A stretch of 63,711 nucleotides of DNA, filler included, from an uncultured bacterium (GCA_964449065.1; 9 parts of 9 records of this genome joined end to end with filler, not necessarily neighbours in it); one strand, 5' to 3'; counted from the first letter of the whole stretch, positions 43,237 to 51,568 are shown. Numbers and translations are program-made. Notes: a model not told the origin generated them from the sequence alone.

Positions 43237-43413
43237 TTATACCTTTTTCTTGCCAACTTGCAGTTTGGATTCGGGTTTAATGTTTTTATCAAGATCAGTA
43301 ACTTTTTCACCATCTACCTTGATGGCTCCTTGTTTAATTAGTCGACGTGCTTGTGACTTGGACACAATTAACCCATCTTCAAATAATCGGTCAACCAATT
43401 TCTTTTCACTCAT
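43237..43413 (-). CDS. Stand-alone S4 RNA-binding domain protein (58 aa, like the TyrRS C-terminus)
   Basis: Manual translation: MSEKKLVDRLFEDGLIVSKSQARRLIKQGAIKVDGEKVTDLDKNIKPESKLQVGKKKV. Confidence 0.8.
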   Translation of the reverse strand: MSEKKLVDRLFEDGLIVSKSQARRLIKQGAIKVDGEKVTDLDKNIKPESKLQVGKKKV

Positions 43414-43452
43414 TATGAAGATCCTGAATTATACTTGCGGTGTCAAATAATT

Positions 43453-43608
43453 TTACTTAGCCTTTTTGCAAGCAGCAACACCTTTGGGTGTAAGTACATA
43501 GCGCACTTCAAGCAAACCCTCATTAATTAATTGCTGAATTTCCTTTTCACTCTCTTCTTTAGAAATGTTAGCTTCTTTTAGGATGTCAGACAATTTGTAT
43601 GTATTCAT
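43453..43608 (-). CDS. Small phage protein (winged-helix-like)
   Basis: Manual translation: MNTYKLSDIL...LINEGLLEVRYVLTPKG; GGGGG RBS. Confidence 0.5.
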   Translation of the reverse strand: MNTYKLSDILKEANISKEESEKEIQQLINEGLLEVRYVLTPKGVAACKKAK

Positions 43609-43617
43609 AATTACCCC

Positions 43618-43848
43618 CTAACCGTAATTAATTTCTTCCTGAATTCGTCCGCACTCTACAAGCCTAAAAAGTCGTTCTTTAAGCTCAGCAAGAAAGGGCT
43701 TCAAACCATCTCCCGTGTCTTCCATATCATCTTGAACAGAATCAACACAAGTAAGAATCCATTCAAGCTCATTATCGCTCAGCGGAAGTGTTTTGCTTTT
43801 ATATTTAATCGCAATTTCACCCATAACAAGCCTTTCTAAATTTACCAC
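43618..43848 (-). CDS. Phage hypothetical protein
   Basis: ORF track; in an operon-like array. Confidence 0.55.
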   Translation of the reverse strand: MVNLERLVMGEIAIKYKSKTLPLSDNELEWILTCVDSVQDDMEDTGDGLKPFLAELKERLFRLVECGRIQEEINYG

Positions 43849-44261
43849 TCAAACCTTCGAGCCATCTCAATAACCTTCTCAGCGGGAACACCATGAGTGT
43901 TGCGCTCAGCATATTTAAGAATACTTTTGTCGTCAAAGTCACCAACAACTTCAATGTGAACCTTGTAACCGTACTTATCAGCAAGTTCAAGGTAGGGTTT
44001 AAACTCCCACTCACGAGTATTAGTGTTGTCTACAATCACACAAGGAGTTTCGTTACACATAGCCTCATCAGTAAGCTCTCGACAATACTTGTGAGCTTCA
44101 CTAAGCAACTTGGGGTTGAAACTGTAGTTGCCCTTATCGTCTTCAAAAAAGTGATCGGCAGAGCAGATACAGAAAAGGCTATAACTCTTAGCAATTTCCC
44201 TGGCGCGAGTGCTCTTACCAGCACCAGGGATTCCGCGCATAATATAAAGGACCTTTGTCAT
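43842..44261 (-). CDS. AAA_33 / N4BP2-like P-loop kinase
   Basis: RGIPGAGKST, SADHFF, VIVDNTN, RNTHGVP. Confidence 0.85.
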   Translation of the reverse strand: MTKVLYIMRGIPGAGKSTRAREIAKSYSLFCICSADHFFEDDKGNYSFNPKLLSEAHKYCRELTDEAMCNETPCVIVDNTNTREWEFKPYLELADKYGYKVHIEVVGDFDDKSILKYAERNTHGVPAEKVIEMARRFEW

Positions 44262-44627
44262 TTAATCTTTCTTGTATTTTTCAATAAACTCATCAAAAGT
44301 ATATACTTTGTCCCTATAAAAAACTTCCTTGCTCTTTACCAATACTTCAGGAACACAATACGAATTGTCGCCCATTTGAGTATCGATACCAAAGCCGGTA
44401 ACATCCATCAACCTTTCATGAGTAGCTTCAATGTTATCAGGAATCTTAAGCATTTCGCTAAAAATAATTCGTGCTAGATAAGATGGATCATTCCAGCGAC
44501 CACGCCCACGGTCAAGAGCATTTGCCAAGTCGTGTTGGACATAATAACCAGTCCAGTGAGTGTAAAAATAAACTGAAGTATCATCTTCCATCGTTACCTT
44601 GATATTTCCTCGTTCACCCATTGTCAA
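44262..44627 (-). CDS. Phage hypothetical protein
   Basis: MGERGNI...VYFYTHW.G...RWNDPSYLARIIF. Confidence 0.65.
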   Translation of the reverse strand: MTMGERGNIKVTMEDDTSVYFYTHWTGYYVQHDLANALDRGRGRWNDPSYLARIIFSEMLKIPDNIEATHERLMDVTGFGIDTQMGDNSYCVPEVLVKSKEVFYRDKVYTFDEFIEKYKKD

Positions 44628-44878
44628 GTCCTTTGTATTGGTCTAAGCCACACATTTACATATTTCTTGTCTTTAAATTTTATATCTGTTACTTTCCACG
44701 TTTCTCCATCAATTTTAATCAAGAAATTTTTTCTTGGTAGATTATCATGTTTAATAACTTGCGTACCAAAAATACGTGTAAAGTAAGTTTCATCAATTTC
44801 GTTGAAAGCATAAGTCATAAAGGTAGTCTCGTACAACTTAGTTTCTTTGTAGGCTGCTAGGCTAATAATCTCACCCAT
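44624..44878 (-). CDS. Phage hypothetical protein
   Basis: ORF track. Confidence 0.55.
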   Translation of the reverse strand: MGEIISLAAYKETKLYETTFMTYAFNEIDETYFTRIFGTQVIKHDNLPRKNFLIKIDGETWKVTDIKFKDKKYVNVWLRPIQRT

Positions 44879-45013
44879 GAAGCTCTCCATCAGTCCAGCA
44901 AATTGGATCGGGCTCAGCGCCGCTATTTGTATAATCCTCTTAAAAATGTGCTCTCACGGTTTTGGCTCACCTTTATACAAGGCTGCTTACCGCCGTGAGA
45001 ACACTTATGACTT

Positions 45014-46054
45014 TTAAGCCGCTTGGGCAAGCTGCACACCGAATCGGTATGCGTTACTGTTTACCTTGGCACCACGACCGAAGATAACAGAGTCAAGCCG
45101 CTTCTCAGCACCGCCAGGAGCAAGTTTGGTTTTGTCCTTGTCGGCAAACTCACCATGGACAGTAATCTCATGGTTAGCGTAATTGGTCAAGGCATTAAAA
45201 GCGCCCCAGACCGTTCCCTGATTTTCAGCAGCAAGGTCATCACCGCTAGCATAAAGCTCCTGAATCCGATTCAGGTTGTTCTGAGTACGGGTTGGAAGCT
45301 CCTTAAGCTCAACCGTAGTGTCGGCATCAATTGCCTTGCGGAAGTAGTTATGGGCATCACCATCAGTGATTCGCGCCTTAGCCATCTTAAGGTAAACCTC
45401 ACCACGCTGACGAGTTTGACGCAATGCAGCAGCCATAATCTCTTCAGCACGCTCAAGGCGATTATTGTGGTTCTTCGTATGTCGGACACCAATACCATAC
45501 TTAGCAGTCTCAATCATCATAGTAGCCATCATGTTCGCACAAGCAAAACGGAAATCAGTAGGATTAACAACCGTCTTGAGCGAACCATCCAAGCCTTCCG
45601 CAAAAAACAGATAGGAGCGAATGGGGTCATTGCGAGTAACATCAAACTCGCTCAGCTTGACTTGTGCAAAAAGACGCGAGCCACCCTTCATGAAGCCGAT
45701 AGATTCCAAAAGCGGGTTAGACTCTCCAGTAACTCGCCGGATAGTTTCAGCAAGTCGCTGACCACCAGCAAGACCCTGAATCATTTGCTTGCCACCCGTA
45801 CCCAGCACCTTGTTATCAGTGTCGCGAATAATTGCGAAGGTATCGGGAACAGTAACTTCACTTACACCATCAGACAGCAAAGCCTTACAGGGTTGCGCAG
45901 AAAGCGATGAGAACCAATCAGGCATGTGCTCGGGAGCATCAGCAAGTCGGACACCACCAGGAATCGAGTAACCGCCCATGTGTGGAGTGTGTCGGTCACC
46001 ATTCATAATAGCAACGTTAAGGTCCTTGCTGTGAACTTCGTCAAAAGTTTGCAT
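45014..46054 (-). CDS. DUF932 phage/plasmid-like protein
   Basis: IIRDTDNKVLG, GGSRLF, DGS, RFACAN, RHT, GTVWGAFNALT. Confidence 0.85.
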   Translation of the reverse strand: MQTFDEVHSKDLNVAIMNGDRHTPHMGGYSIPGGVRLADAPEHMPDWFSSLSAQPCKALLSDGVSEVTVPDTFAIIRDTDNKVLGTGGKQMIQGLAGGQRLAETIRRVTGESNPLLESIGFMKGGSRLFAQVKLSEFDVTRNDPIRSYLFFAEGLDGSLKTVVNPTDFRFACANMMATMMIETAKYGIGVRHTKNHNNRLERAEEIMAAALRQTRQRGEVYLKMAKARITDGDAHNYFRKAIDADTTVELKELPTRTQNNLNRIQELYASGDDLAAENQGTVWGAFNALTNYANHEITVHGEFADKDKTKLAPGGAEKRLDSVIFGRGAKVNSNAYRFGVQLAQAA

Positions 46055-46093
46055 TTAGTTTTCTCTCCAAAAAATTGTTTACAAGTTTAACAG

Positions 46094-46438
46094 TTATCGA
46101 TTCTGTCGACGACTGTCATGATAATATTGAACTTTTTCTCGCCAACGCTGGGAGCTTTCATTTATCGGCTCATCCGCAGCATTCAACAAAGAAAGAGGGC
46201 AATCATAATAATAAGGATGCATAGTTTCATCCATGGGCTTATACATCCATTCGCTGTCTCGTTTTTCAATCAAATAAAGACTAATAAAGCTTTTATTTGT
46301 CGACCGCAATTTAGCTAGCACCCAAAGATGGCGACCGTAGCAGGTAGTTTTGTGATCTACAACAGAATCGCCAAGGTCACGCAACACATCAAGCACAATA
46401 TCTTTTGGTTTAGCTCCATAAATTCCATACCAACCCAT
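46094..46438 (-). CDS. Mobile-element hypothetical protein (MGW...YKPMDE.M.PYYYDCP family)
   Basis: Conserved-looking YKPMDETMHPYYYDCP and WRE motifs. Confidence 0.65.
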   Translation of the reverse strand: MGWYGIYGAKPKDIVLDVLRDLGDSVVDHKTTCYGRHLWVLAKLRSTNKSFISLYLIEKRDSEWMYKPMDETMHPYYYDCPLSLLNAADEPINESSQRWREKVQYYHDSRRQNR

Positions 46439-46545
46439 GTTTAATCTCCCTCCTTAGATTTTTGTTTTGCATTTGCCGTAGATCAGCTAACGCTATACTC
46501 GATTGGTACACCCGGTGGGAGTCGAACCCACACTGTGCAGATTTT

Positions 46546-47234
46546 CTTACCACTATAGTTTTCACTACCTACTTAAAAAGTAGTTTGTGGTCTGGACTTT
46601 CTCTTTACCATAGTCTAAATTAGACTTTAGGTATTGGCTGTCAAGTCTCTACACTTTCAATAGGAGTAACTTATGAAATTAAGAAAGTACAATGAAGACC
46701 AATTAAGAAAAGCTATAAAATCTTCATTCTCAATTCGTCAAACTCTTCAAAAACTCAACGTAGAAGCCTATGGTGGTAACTACGATATATTTAGAAAAGC
46801 TATTAAATACTTTCAAATTGACATAAGTCATTTTACTGGTCAAAGTTGGAGTAAAGGCAAGCAATTTCCTAGACGAAGAAAGAATATTGAAGAATATTTA
46901 TCTAACAAAATCCCTATTCAGTCTAATAAATTACGTAAATACCTTTTGGAAGATCAAGTTTTTGAACATACATGCAGTATGTGTTAAAAAGATACTTGGC
47001 TTGGAAAACCAATTCCTCTTGAACTTGATCATATTAACGGAAACAATAAAGACAACAATTTAGAAAATCTAAGATTGTTATGCCCTAATTGTCATGCGTT
47101 AACTCCCACCTATCGTGGTAAAAATAAATCTCCTAAAGCTTAGCTCGGGATTAGCATCAGCTCTACCTGTTAAGCCTTCCCCGAATTTAACCAACTTCAC
47201 CTACAAAATTTCTTAAGTAGGGCTCAAATTACTT
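46546..47234 (-). ncRNA. Group I self-splicing intron (trnL-UAA type), 689 nt
   Basis: Starts AAGTAATTTGAGCC after exon CTT; P AAATTCGGGGAA, Q AATCCCGAGC, R GTAGAGACTTGA, S AAGAGAAAGTCC; terminal omega-G. Confidence 0.9.
46673..47143 (+). pseudogene. Intron-encoded HNH homing endonuclease, antisense, with one in-frame TAA at 46985
   Basis: AGGAG RBS; ...CSMC*KDTWLGKPIPLELDHINGNNKDNNLENLRLLCPNCHALTPTYRGKN. Confidence 0.88.
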
Positions 47235-47330
47235 AAGTCTGCTGCCTCTGCCTGTTGGGCTACGGGTGCATTGTTTAGCCCCAGCCCTACGCTTCGCTAG
47301 GGCTTTTGGGCCACTTGATTAACTTACTTA

Positions 47331-47624
47331 CTACCGTACTTTATCTTCCAGCACAAACTCCGTCAAAATTTCTTCCATGTAGTGTAGCTTTTGCTCCATG
47401 GTAGATACCTTATCAGGAATGTCAACAAGACTTGTGGTGCCATCGCGAATATTATCCAATTCGCCTTTCAGGCTAGCCACAAAAGCAAGTAACTGCTTTC
47501 TAGGCGTATCTTGCTTAAAATCTTCGCGTTGTGATACAGTGCGTTGATTCCATTGCTTAGGAAAGCTATAGTTACTATTTACAGAATAGGAATCGTATTG
47601 TGTAGGTGTTTGTTTTAAACTCAT
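47331..47624 (-). CDS. Phage hypothetical protein
   Basis: ORF track. Confidence 0.55.
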   Translation of the reverse strand: MSLKQTPTQYDSYSVNSNYSFPKQWNQRTVSQREDFKQDTPRKQLLAFVASLKGELDNIRDGTTSLVDIPDKVSTMEQKLHYMEEILTEFVLEDKVR

Positions 47625-47839
47625 GGCTTTTGAATCTCAACTTTCTTTACATCACCTTCAAAAACATCGCACACCTTGTTTTTGTCAGTTTGGAGCCATT
47701 GCACCGTGTGACCAGTATGACCAGGCCCATAAAAGCCAGGCTCCGCAATGATAACGCCATACGTACCTTGAGATACATCAGCACCGGCGGGATCAAGGTC
47801 TCTCAGCGCAATAACAATGTCGCCAACTTTAAAAGTCAT
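47621..47839 (-). CDS. Phage SH3/KOW-like small protein
   Basis: FKVGDIV...G..GVI...VQW pattern. Confidence 0.55.
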   Translation of the reverse strand: MTFKVGDIVIALRDLDPAGADVSQGTYGVIIAEPGFYGPGHTGHTVQWLQTDKNKVCDVFEGDVKKVEIQKP

Positions 47840-47848
47840 GGTGTTATC

Positions 47849-48187
47849 CTACGCTTCATTAATCCAAGTAAGCTCATAAACGGAGTTTTGGGTTTTAATA
47901 ATAAGGCCGTTAGGATGGGCAGAAAAAGACTTTACAGCGCTTGTGGTCATTATTCCTCCACACTCAATACCATTTCTAGTATCTCTCATGATTACAAGCG
48001 GCTGGCCTGGCTCTATAGTGTGCCCAATGTAACCCGTTACAGTATACTCTACAGGCAAAGAGATTCTAGAATCAGGCTTTCTGCGATTATACTCTCCCCA
48101 ATCAGGAGTGGGGCAGCGTGCTTCTGGAACACTTGAGAGTTTTTTAATCATTATGTAGGAAAAACCAGTCTCTGAAAATCTAGTCAT
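47849..48187 (-). CDS. Phage hypothetical protein
   Basis: TSAV...IKTQNSVYEL. Confidence 0.55.
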   Translation of the reverse strand: MTRFSETGFSYIMIKKLSSVPEARCPTPDWGEYNRRKPDSRISLPVEYTVTGYIGHTIEPGQPLVIMRDTRNGIECGGIMTTSAVKSFSAHPNGLIIKTQNSVYELTWINEA

Positions 48188-48214
48188 GATACACCATTTC
48201 TATGTTTAATCGGT

Positions 48215-48291
48215 TGGCCCGCCAGGCAAGACTCGAACTTGCGACCCTCGGCTTAGAAGGCCGATGCTCTATCCAGCTGAGCTACTGGCGG
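48215..48291 (-). tRNA. tRNA-Arg(UCU)
   Basis: CCGCCAGTAGCTCAGCTGGATAGAGCATCGGCCTTCTAAGCCGAGGGTCGCAAGTTCGAGTCTTGCCTGGCGGGCCA. Confidence 0.95.
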
Positions 48292-48299
48292 AAATTAAA

Positions 48300-48581
48300 T
48301 TACCATTCATAAGTTGGAAGATTATCCGTAACAGGACCATCGCGGTCAAACTTAATGTAGGTACAACCAAGCTTTTGAGCCAGCTTATAAGATTCCAAAA
48401 AGCCTCCAGAAAGTTCCGAGAAATCCGGTTGGAAAGTCTTTACAGGTCCCACCCACACTAGCCATCCAGTATCCTCCAACTCATAATGCACAATATTATT
48501 TGAAATATTAAACTTGTCTCCGTCATCCTCTTTTAGATGCGCAGTAGATAGCACCAAAACGTTTAGTATTTCGGGTTTCAT
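48300..48581 (-). CDS. Phage hypothetical protein (LSTAH...FDRDG family)
   Basis: VLSTAHL and YIKFDRDGP motifs. Confidence 0.65.
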   Translation of the reverse strand: MKPEILNVLVLSTAHLKEDDGDKFNISNNIVHYELEDTGWLVWVGPVKTFQPDFSELSGGFLESYKLAQKLGCTYIKFDRDGPVTDNLPTYEW

Positions 48582-48678
48582 TTTAATTCCTTTTTTGCTT
48601 CAATTAGTAAGTCTTTACCACACTCATTTTAAGTTCCTTCTTAAGATGCAACAAATGCTTATTATCTCAAGGCTTATA

Positions 48679-48939
48679 TCAGTATCCGGTTTGAATTTGG
48701 CGTTCAGACCATGCGGTCATCTTATCTCGTGAACCCCAACACCGGCTATCCATGCAGTTGTAAACATATTTTACAATTTCGTGCAAGGCATTTAGGTTAC
48801 CGTTGTCGGCTTTTGCAAAGGCTCCCTGTAGGTCATTCTCCAGGACCGCACAAAGAAAGCCGCCCGGATAAATACCGTGTTGCTCCCAGCGCTCCAGTGA
48901 ATCTAAAGTCAGACCAGGAATAATGTCATACTCACTCAT
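48679..48939 (-). CDS. Phage hypothetical protein
   Basis: PGGFLCAVLENDL..A...AD...CWGS. Confidence 0.7.
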   Translation of the reverse strand: MSEYDIIPGLTLDSLERWEQHGIYPGGFLCAVLENDLQGAFAKADNGNLNALHEIVKYVYNCMDSRCWGSRDKMTAWSERQIQTGY

Positions 48940-48953
48940 TTTTATCTCTCTAC

Positions 48954-49334
48954 TTATACGCTATCCGTTAGGTTAGCACAAAAGTCTTGGAAAGCTTCAG
49001 GATGCAGGTAAATCGTGTAACCCATATCCTTACCGCGAAAGATTGAATGCTCTACCGCACACACATTAGGAGTCAAGGTAATCTCACCAATATCCTGATT
49101 GTATGGGTTATTTTGCATTTGCCTTTTAAAACTAGCTTGCTCAAGGTCAAGTTGTCGACCAGTAGCAAAGTCACGGACCGTAGTGGTATCCTTAGAACCA
49201 CCGTCCCAGAAGTTACTAACTCGGACAGTCTTACGAGCCATTACCTTAACCTTGCGACGTCCCTTGTAATTTGCGGGAATAAACCGCCTTACTTCAGAAG
49301 CTTTCTTAGAAAACTCTAATTTTTTAGGTAGCAT
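48954..49334 (-). CDS. Phage hypothetical protein
   Basis: FWDGGSKD...HSIFRGKDMG.TIYLHP. Confidence 0.65.
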   Translation of the reverse strand: MLPKKLEFSKKASEVRRFIPANYKGRRKVKVMARKTVRVSNFWDGGSKDTTTVRDFATGRQLDLEQASFKRQMQNNPYNQDIGEITLTPNVCAVEHSIFRGKDMGYTIYLHPEAFQDFCANLTDSV

Positions 49335-49339
49335 TGCAA

Positions 49340-49561
49340 TTATCCTTTTTGCTGTACGATTGAGTCAGGAGCGCCAGCAGTAAAGTTAGCCAGTATATGG
49401 CACAACGTAGCTTCCGACACTTCCCGCACAAAAGTTACGGGTTCACCGTTAGGATCCCTGCGAGTGTAAGCTAAACGATAATCAAAATCCGGATTGTCGT
49501 CAATCTTACTAATTTCAACATTAAGCTTACTTTCATAAATTGCTGTCGAAAAGTCAATCAT
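49340..49561 (-). CDS. Phage hypothetical protein
   Basis: ORF with GGAG RBS. Confidence 0.55.
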   Translation of the reverse strand: MIDFSTAIYESKLNVEISKIDDNPDFDYRLAYTRRDPNGEPVTFVREVSEATLCHILANFTAGAPDSIVQQKG

Positions 49562-49831
49562 AATAACTCCCTAGTGTTACTTATGAACCGCCGCTACCGC
49601 CGCGTTCACAAACTCAATATAACAATCACCCAAGTAACCACTCGCCTTGAATGAATGGTCCATGCCACGGCCCCAGTAGTCAAGCGGAACCATGCAATCT
49701 CCAGCTCCACCGTTAGGCTCCATGTAAATTGNNNNNNNNNNNNNNNNNNNNNNNNNNNNNNNNNNNNNNNNNNNNTTAATTAATTAANNNNNNNNNNNNN
49801 NNNNNNNNNNNNNNNNNNNNNNNNNNNNNNN

Positions 49832-50110
49832 GACGGGGAGGTATGGTCTCTCCGTGACGCACGTGAACGAATGGCGCAGCGCTTCCATCTCTCGGTACAA
49901 TAGCAGGAAAAATTGCTGCCCAGCGGGCGCCAGCGCCGCTTCGCGAATCGGGTTGCATGGGCAATAGTCTATATTGAGAGAGGCGACCTCGTGTCCTCTC
50001 CGGGCGTAGGCAGTTTCAAATTACCTAACGAGGACGGGAAATCCTTTCTGATCTCCCTTACAAGATCACGATACGATTTCTCGATCAATTCCCGAAATTC
50101 CGCGATTTGC
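49832..50110 (+). pseudogene. mrr: Degraded Mrr restriction protein, N-terminal fragment
   Basis: LLPSGRQRRFANRVAWAIVY...G.F resembles Mrr_N; frameshifted. Confidence 0.6.
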
Positions 50111-50379
50111 GGGTATGCCGTTGTCGCGCAGGCGGGTAAATCCAAGGCAGGGGAAACCTTTGTCCAGCCATACCATACAGGCGCCATTTGCCAGCCCTTG
50201 GGCGTTTTCACGTGCCCGCAGATGTTGCAAAGCAACGCTGATGCGGGCGCCCTTGCGGATATCGTCTTTGTTGGGTTCGATAATTTCTTTGGCGTTTTTG
50301 GTCCAACTGGCGATTTCTGCTTTGACAGCTGAATGTCAAGCGACAATTAAAATTCCCGCCGCGTACAATGTTCACCCAT
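50101..50379 (-). pseudogene. Fragment of a fucose/arabinose-isomerase-like protein
   Basis: Alternate frame: EIIEPNKDDIRKGARISVAL...PCLGFTRLRDNGIPA; Tat-like MGEHCTRREF start out of frame. Confidence 0.45.
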
Positions 50380-50680
50380 AGTTGTCTCCTCCAAGTGATG
50401 AAATGAATGCTATCGCTGCTTCCAAATTGCGTCCTGTATCTGTTTGGATTCTATCACTCAATAAAGGATAATACTAGCAATTTATCTTATATTATACACC
50501 TCGCATTCCACCGGGTGCATGTCATCTCTCATAGTGAAAAGAGATTGTTCCAGAAAAGCACGCTCATGAAAGAAATGATGTTAGAGATAAGATGTTAGAG
50601 ATATGTATTGAATTTGTCGAATATTTTTGTTACATTCAACATAGGCGTTCATACCTACCCCTCGATTGAAGGAAAGCCAA

Positions 50681-51568
50681 ATGAGTAAACCAGCCAGTAG
50701 ACGTAGTTTTATGAAAACCTCTCTCTTAACCAGTGCAGCACTATCCGCTTCATCATTAACCGCACCAAAGGTTCAGGCTGCAGAAACCAATGAAGAACCG
50801 CTCAAAATCGGCTTAATGACTTGGCTGCTGGGAAGCGAATGGGATATCGAGACCATCATTAAAAACTGCACGGAAGTGGGATGGAAACACGCGGAGCTGC
50901 GCACCACGCACGCACACGGCGTCGAGGTGTCTTTGACAAAACCGCAGCGGCAAGATGTTCGCAAACGGTTTGAAGATGCGGGAATGCAACTCAGTTTGGC
51001 CAGCGCGTTCGCCTATCATTGGAATGATAAAGCCAAGCTGAAAGAACATATTGAAGGCACTAAAAAATATACCAAACTCGCGCATGATATCGGAGCGCTC
51101 GGCATTCGGGTGTTCCCTAACGCTGTCTTAACGGATCAAGGGATTCCGGAAGAGCGGACGCTGGAACAAATCGGCAAGGCAGTGGCTGAAGTGGGCGAAT
51201 TCGCTCATGATTACGGGGTGGAAATCCGCTTGAGCAATCACGGCCGGGGGACAAACCGGGTATACCGCGTCAAGAAAATAATTGATTATGCCGATAGCCC
51301 GCATGTGTATATGAACTGGAATTGTGACGCGACGGATGTGGAAGACCCCGGTTTTGAAGCCAATTTCGCGATGGTAAAAGACCGCATCCGCAATTTGCAT
51401 ATTCATGATTTGTGGAACCCGAACTATCCATACCGGAAATTGTTCTCTATGCTGCGGAAAGAAGGGTATACCGGATACTGCGATGCCGAAGTCAAGCAAA
51501 GCAAGGAACCCATTACATTTATGAAATACTATACCGGACTGTTTTTGGCGCTGCAAAATGCCTTATAA
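50681..51568 (+). CDS. Tat-exported sugar phosphate isomerase/epimerase (TIM barrel)
   Basis: SRRSFMK, ELRTTHAHGVE, IRVFPN, HIHD. Confidence 0.85.
   Translation: MSKPASRRSFMKTSLLTSAALSASSLTAPKVQAAETNEEPLKIGLMTWLLGSEWDIETIIKNCTEVGWKHAELRTTHAHGVEVSLTKPQRQDVRKRFEDAGMQLSLASAFAYHWNDKAKLKEHIEGTKKYTKLAHDIGALGIRVFPNAVLTDQGIPEERTLEQIGKAVAEVGEFAHDYGVEIRLSNHGRGTNRVYRVKKIIDYADSPHVYMNWNCDATDVEDPGFEANFAMVKDRIRNLHIHDLWNPNYPYRKLFSMLRKEGYTGYCDAEVKQSKEPITFMKYYTGLFLALQNAL

Larger units (their letters stand above)
46504..47269 (-). tRNA. tRNA-Leu(UAA), intron-containing; exons 47269-47235 and 46545-46504
   Basis: Spliced: GCACCCGTAGCCCAACAGGCAGAGGCAGCAGACTT^AAAATCTGCACAGTGTGGGTTCGACTCCCACCGGGTGTACCA. 77 nt, anticodon stem GCAGA/TCTGC, encoded CCA. 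Confidence 0.92.
42828..49731 (-). mobile_element. Phage-derived contig (prophage or co-binned virus)
   Basis: Dense, short, co-oriented ORFs; more AT-rich; DUF932, tRNAs, HNH; no host-type MITEs; no housekeeping genes. Confidence 0.8.

Noticed and set aside
45023..45910. Long + strand ORF opposite DUF932, and many similar antisense ORFs
   Set aside because: Shadow frames of well-supported genes, with no motifs or RBS.
46504..47269. Ochre suppressor tRNA explaining the TAA in the HNH gene
   Set aside because: Splice sites fixed by P1 and the terminal G give anticodon UAA (reads UUA, Leu), not UUA; other phage genes terminate at TAA.
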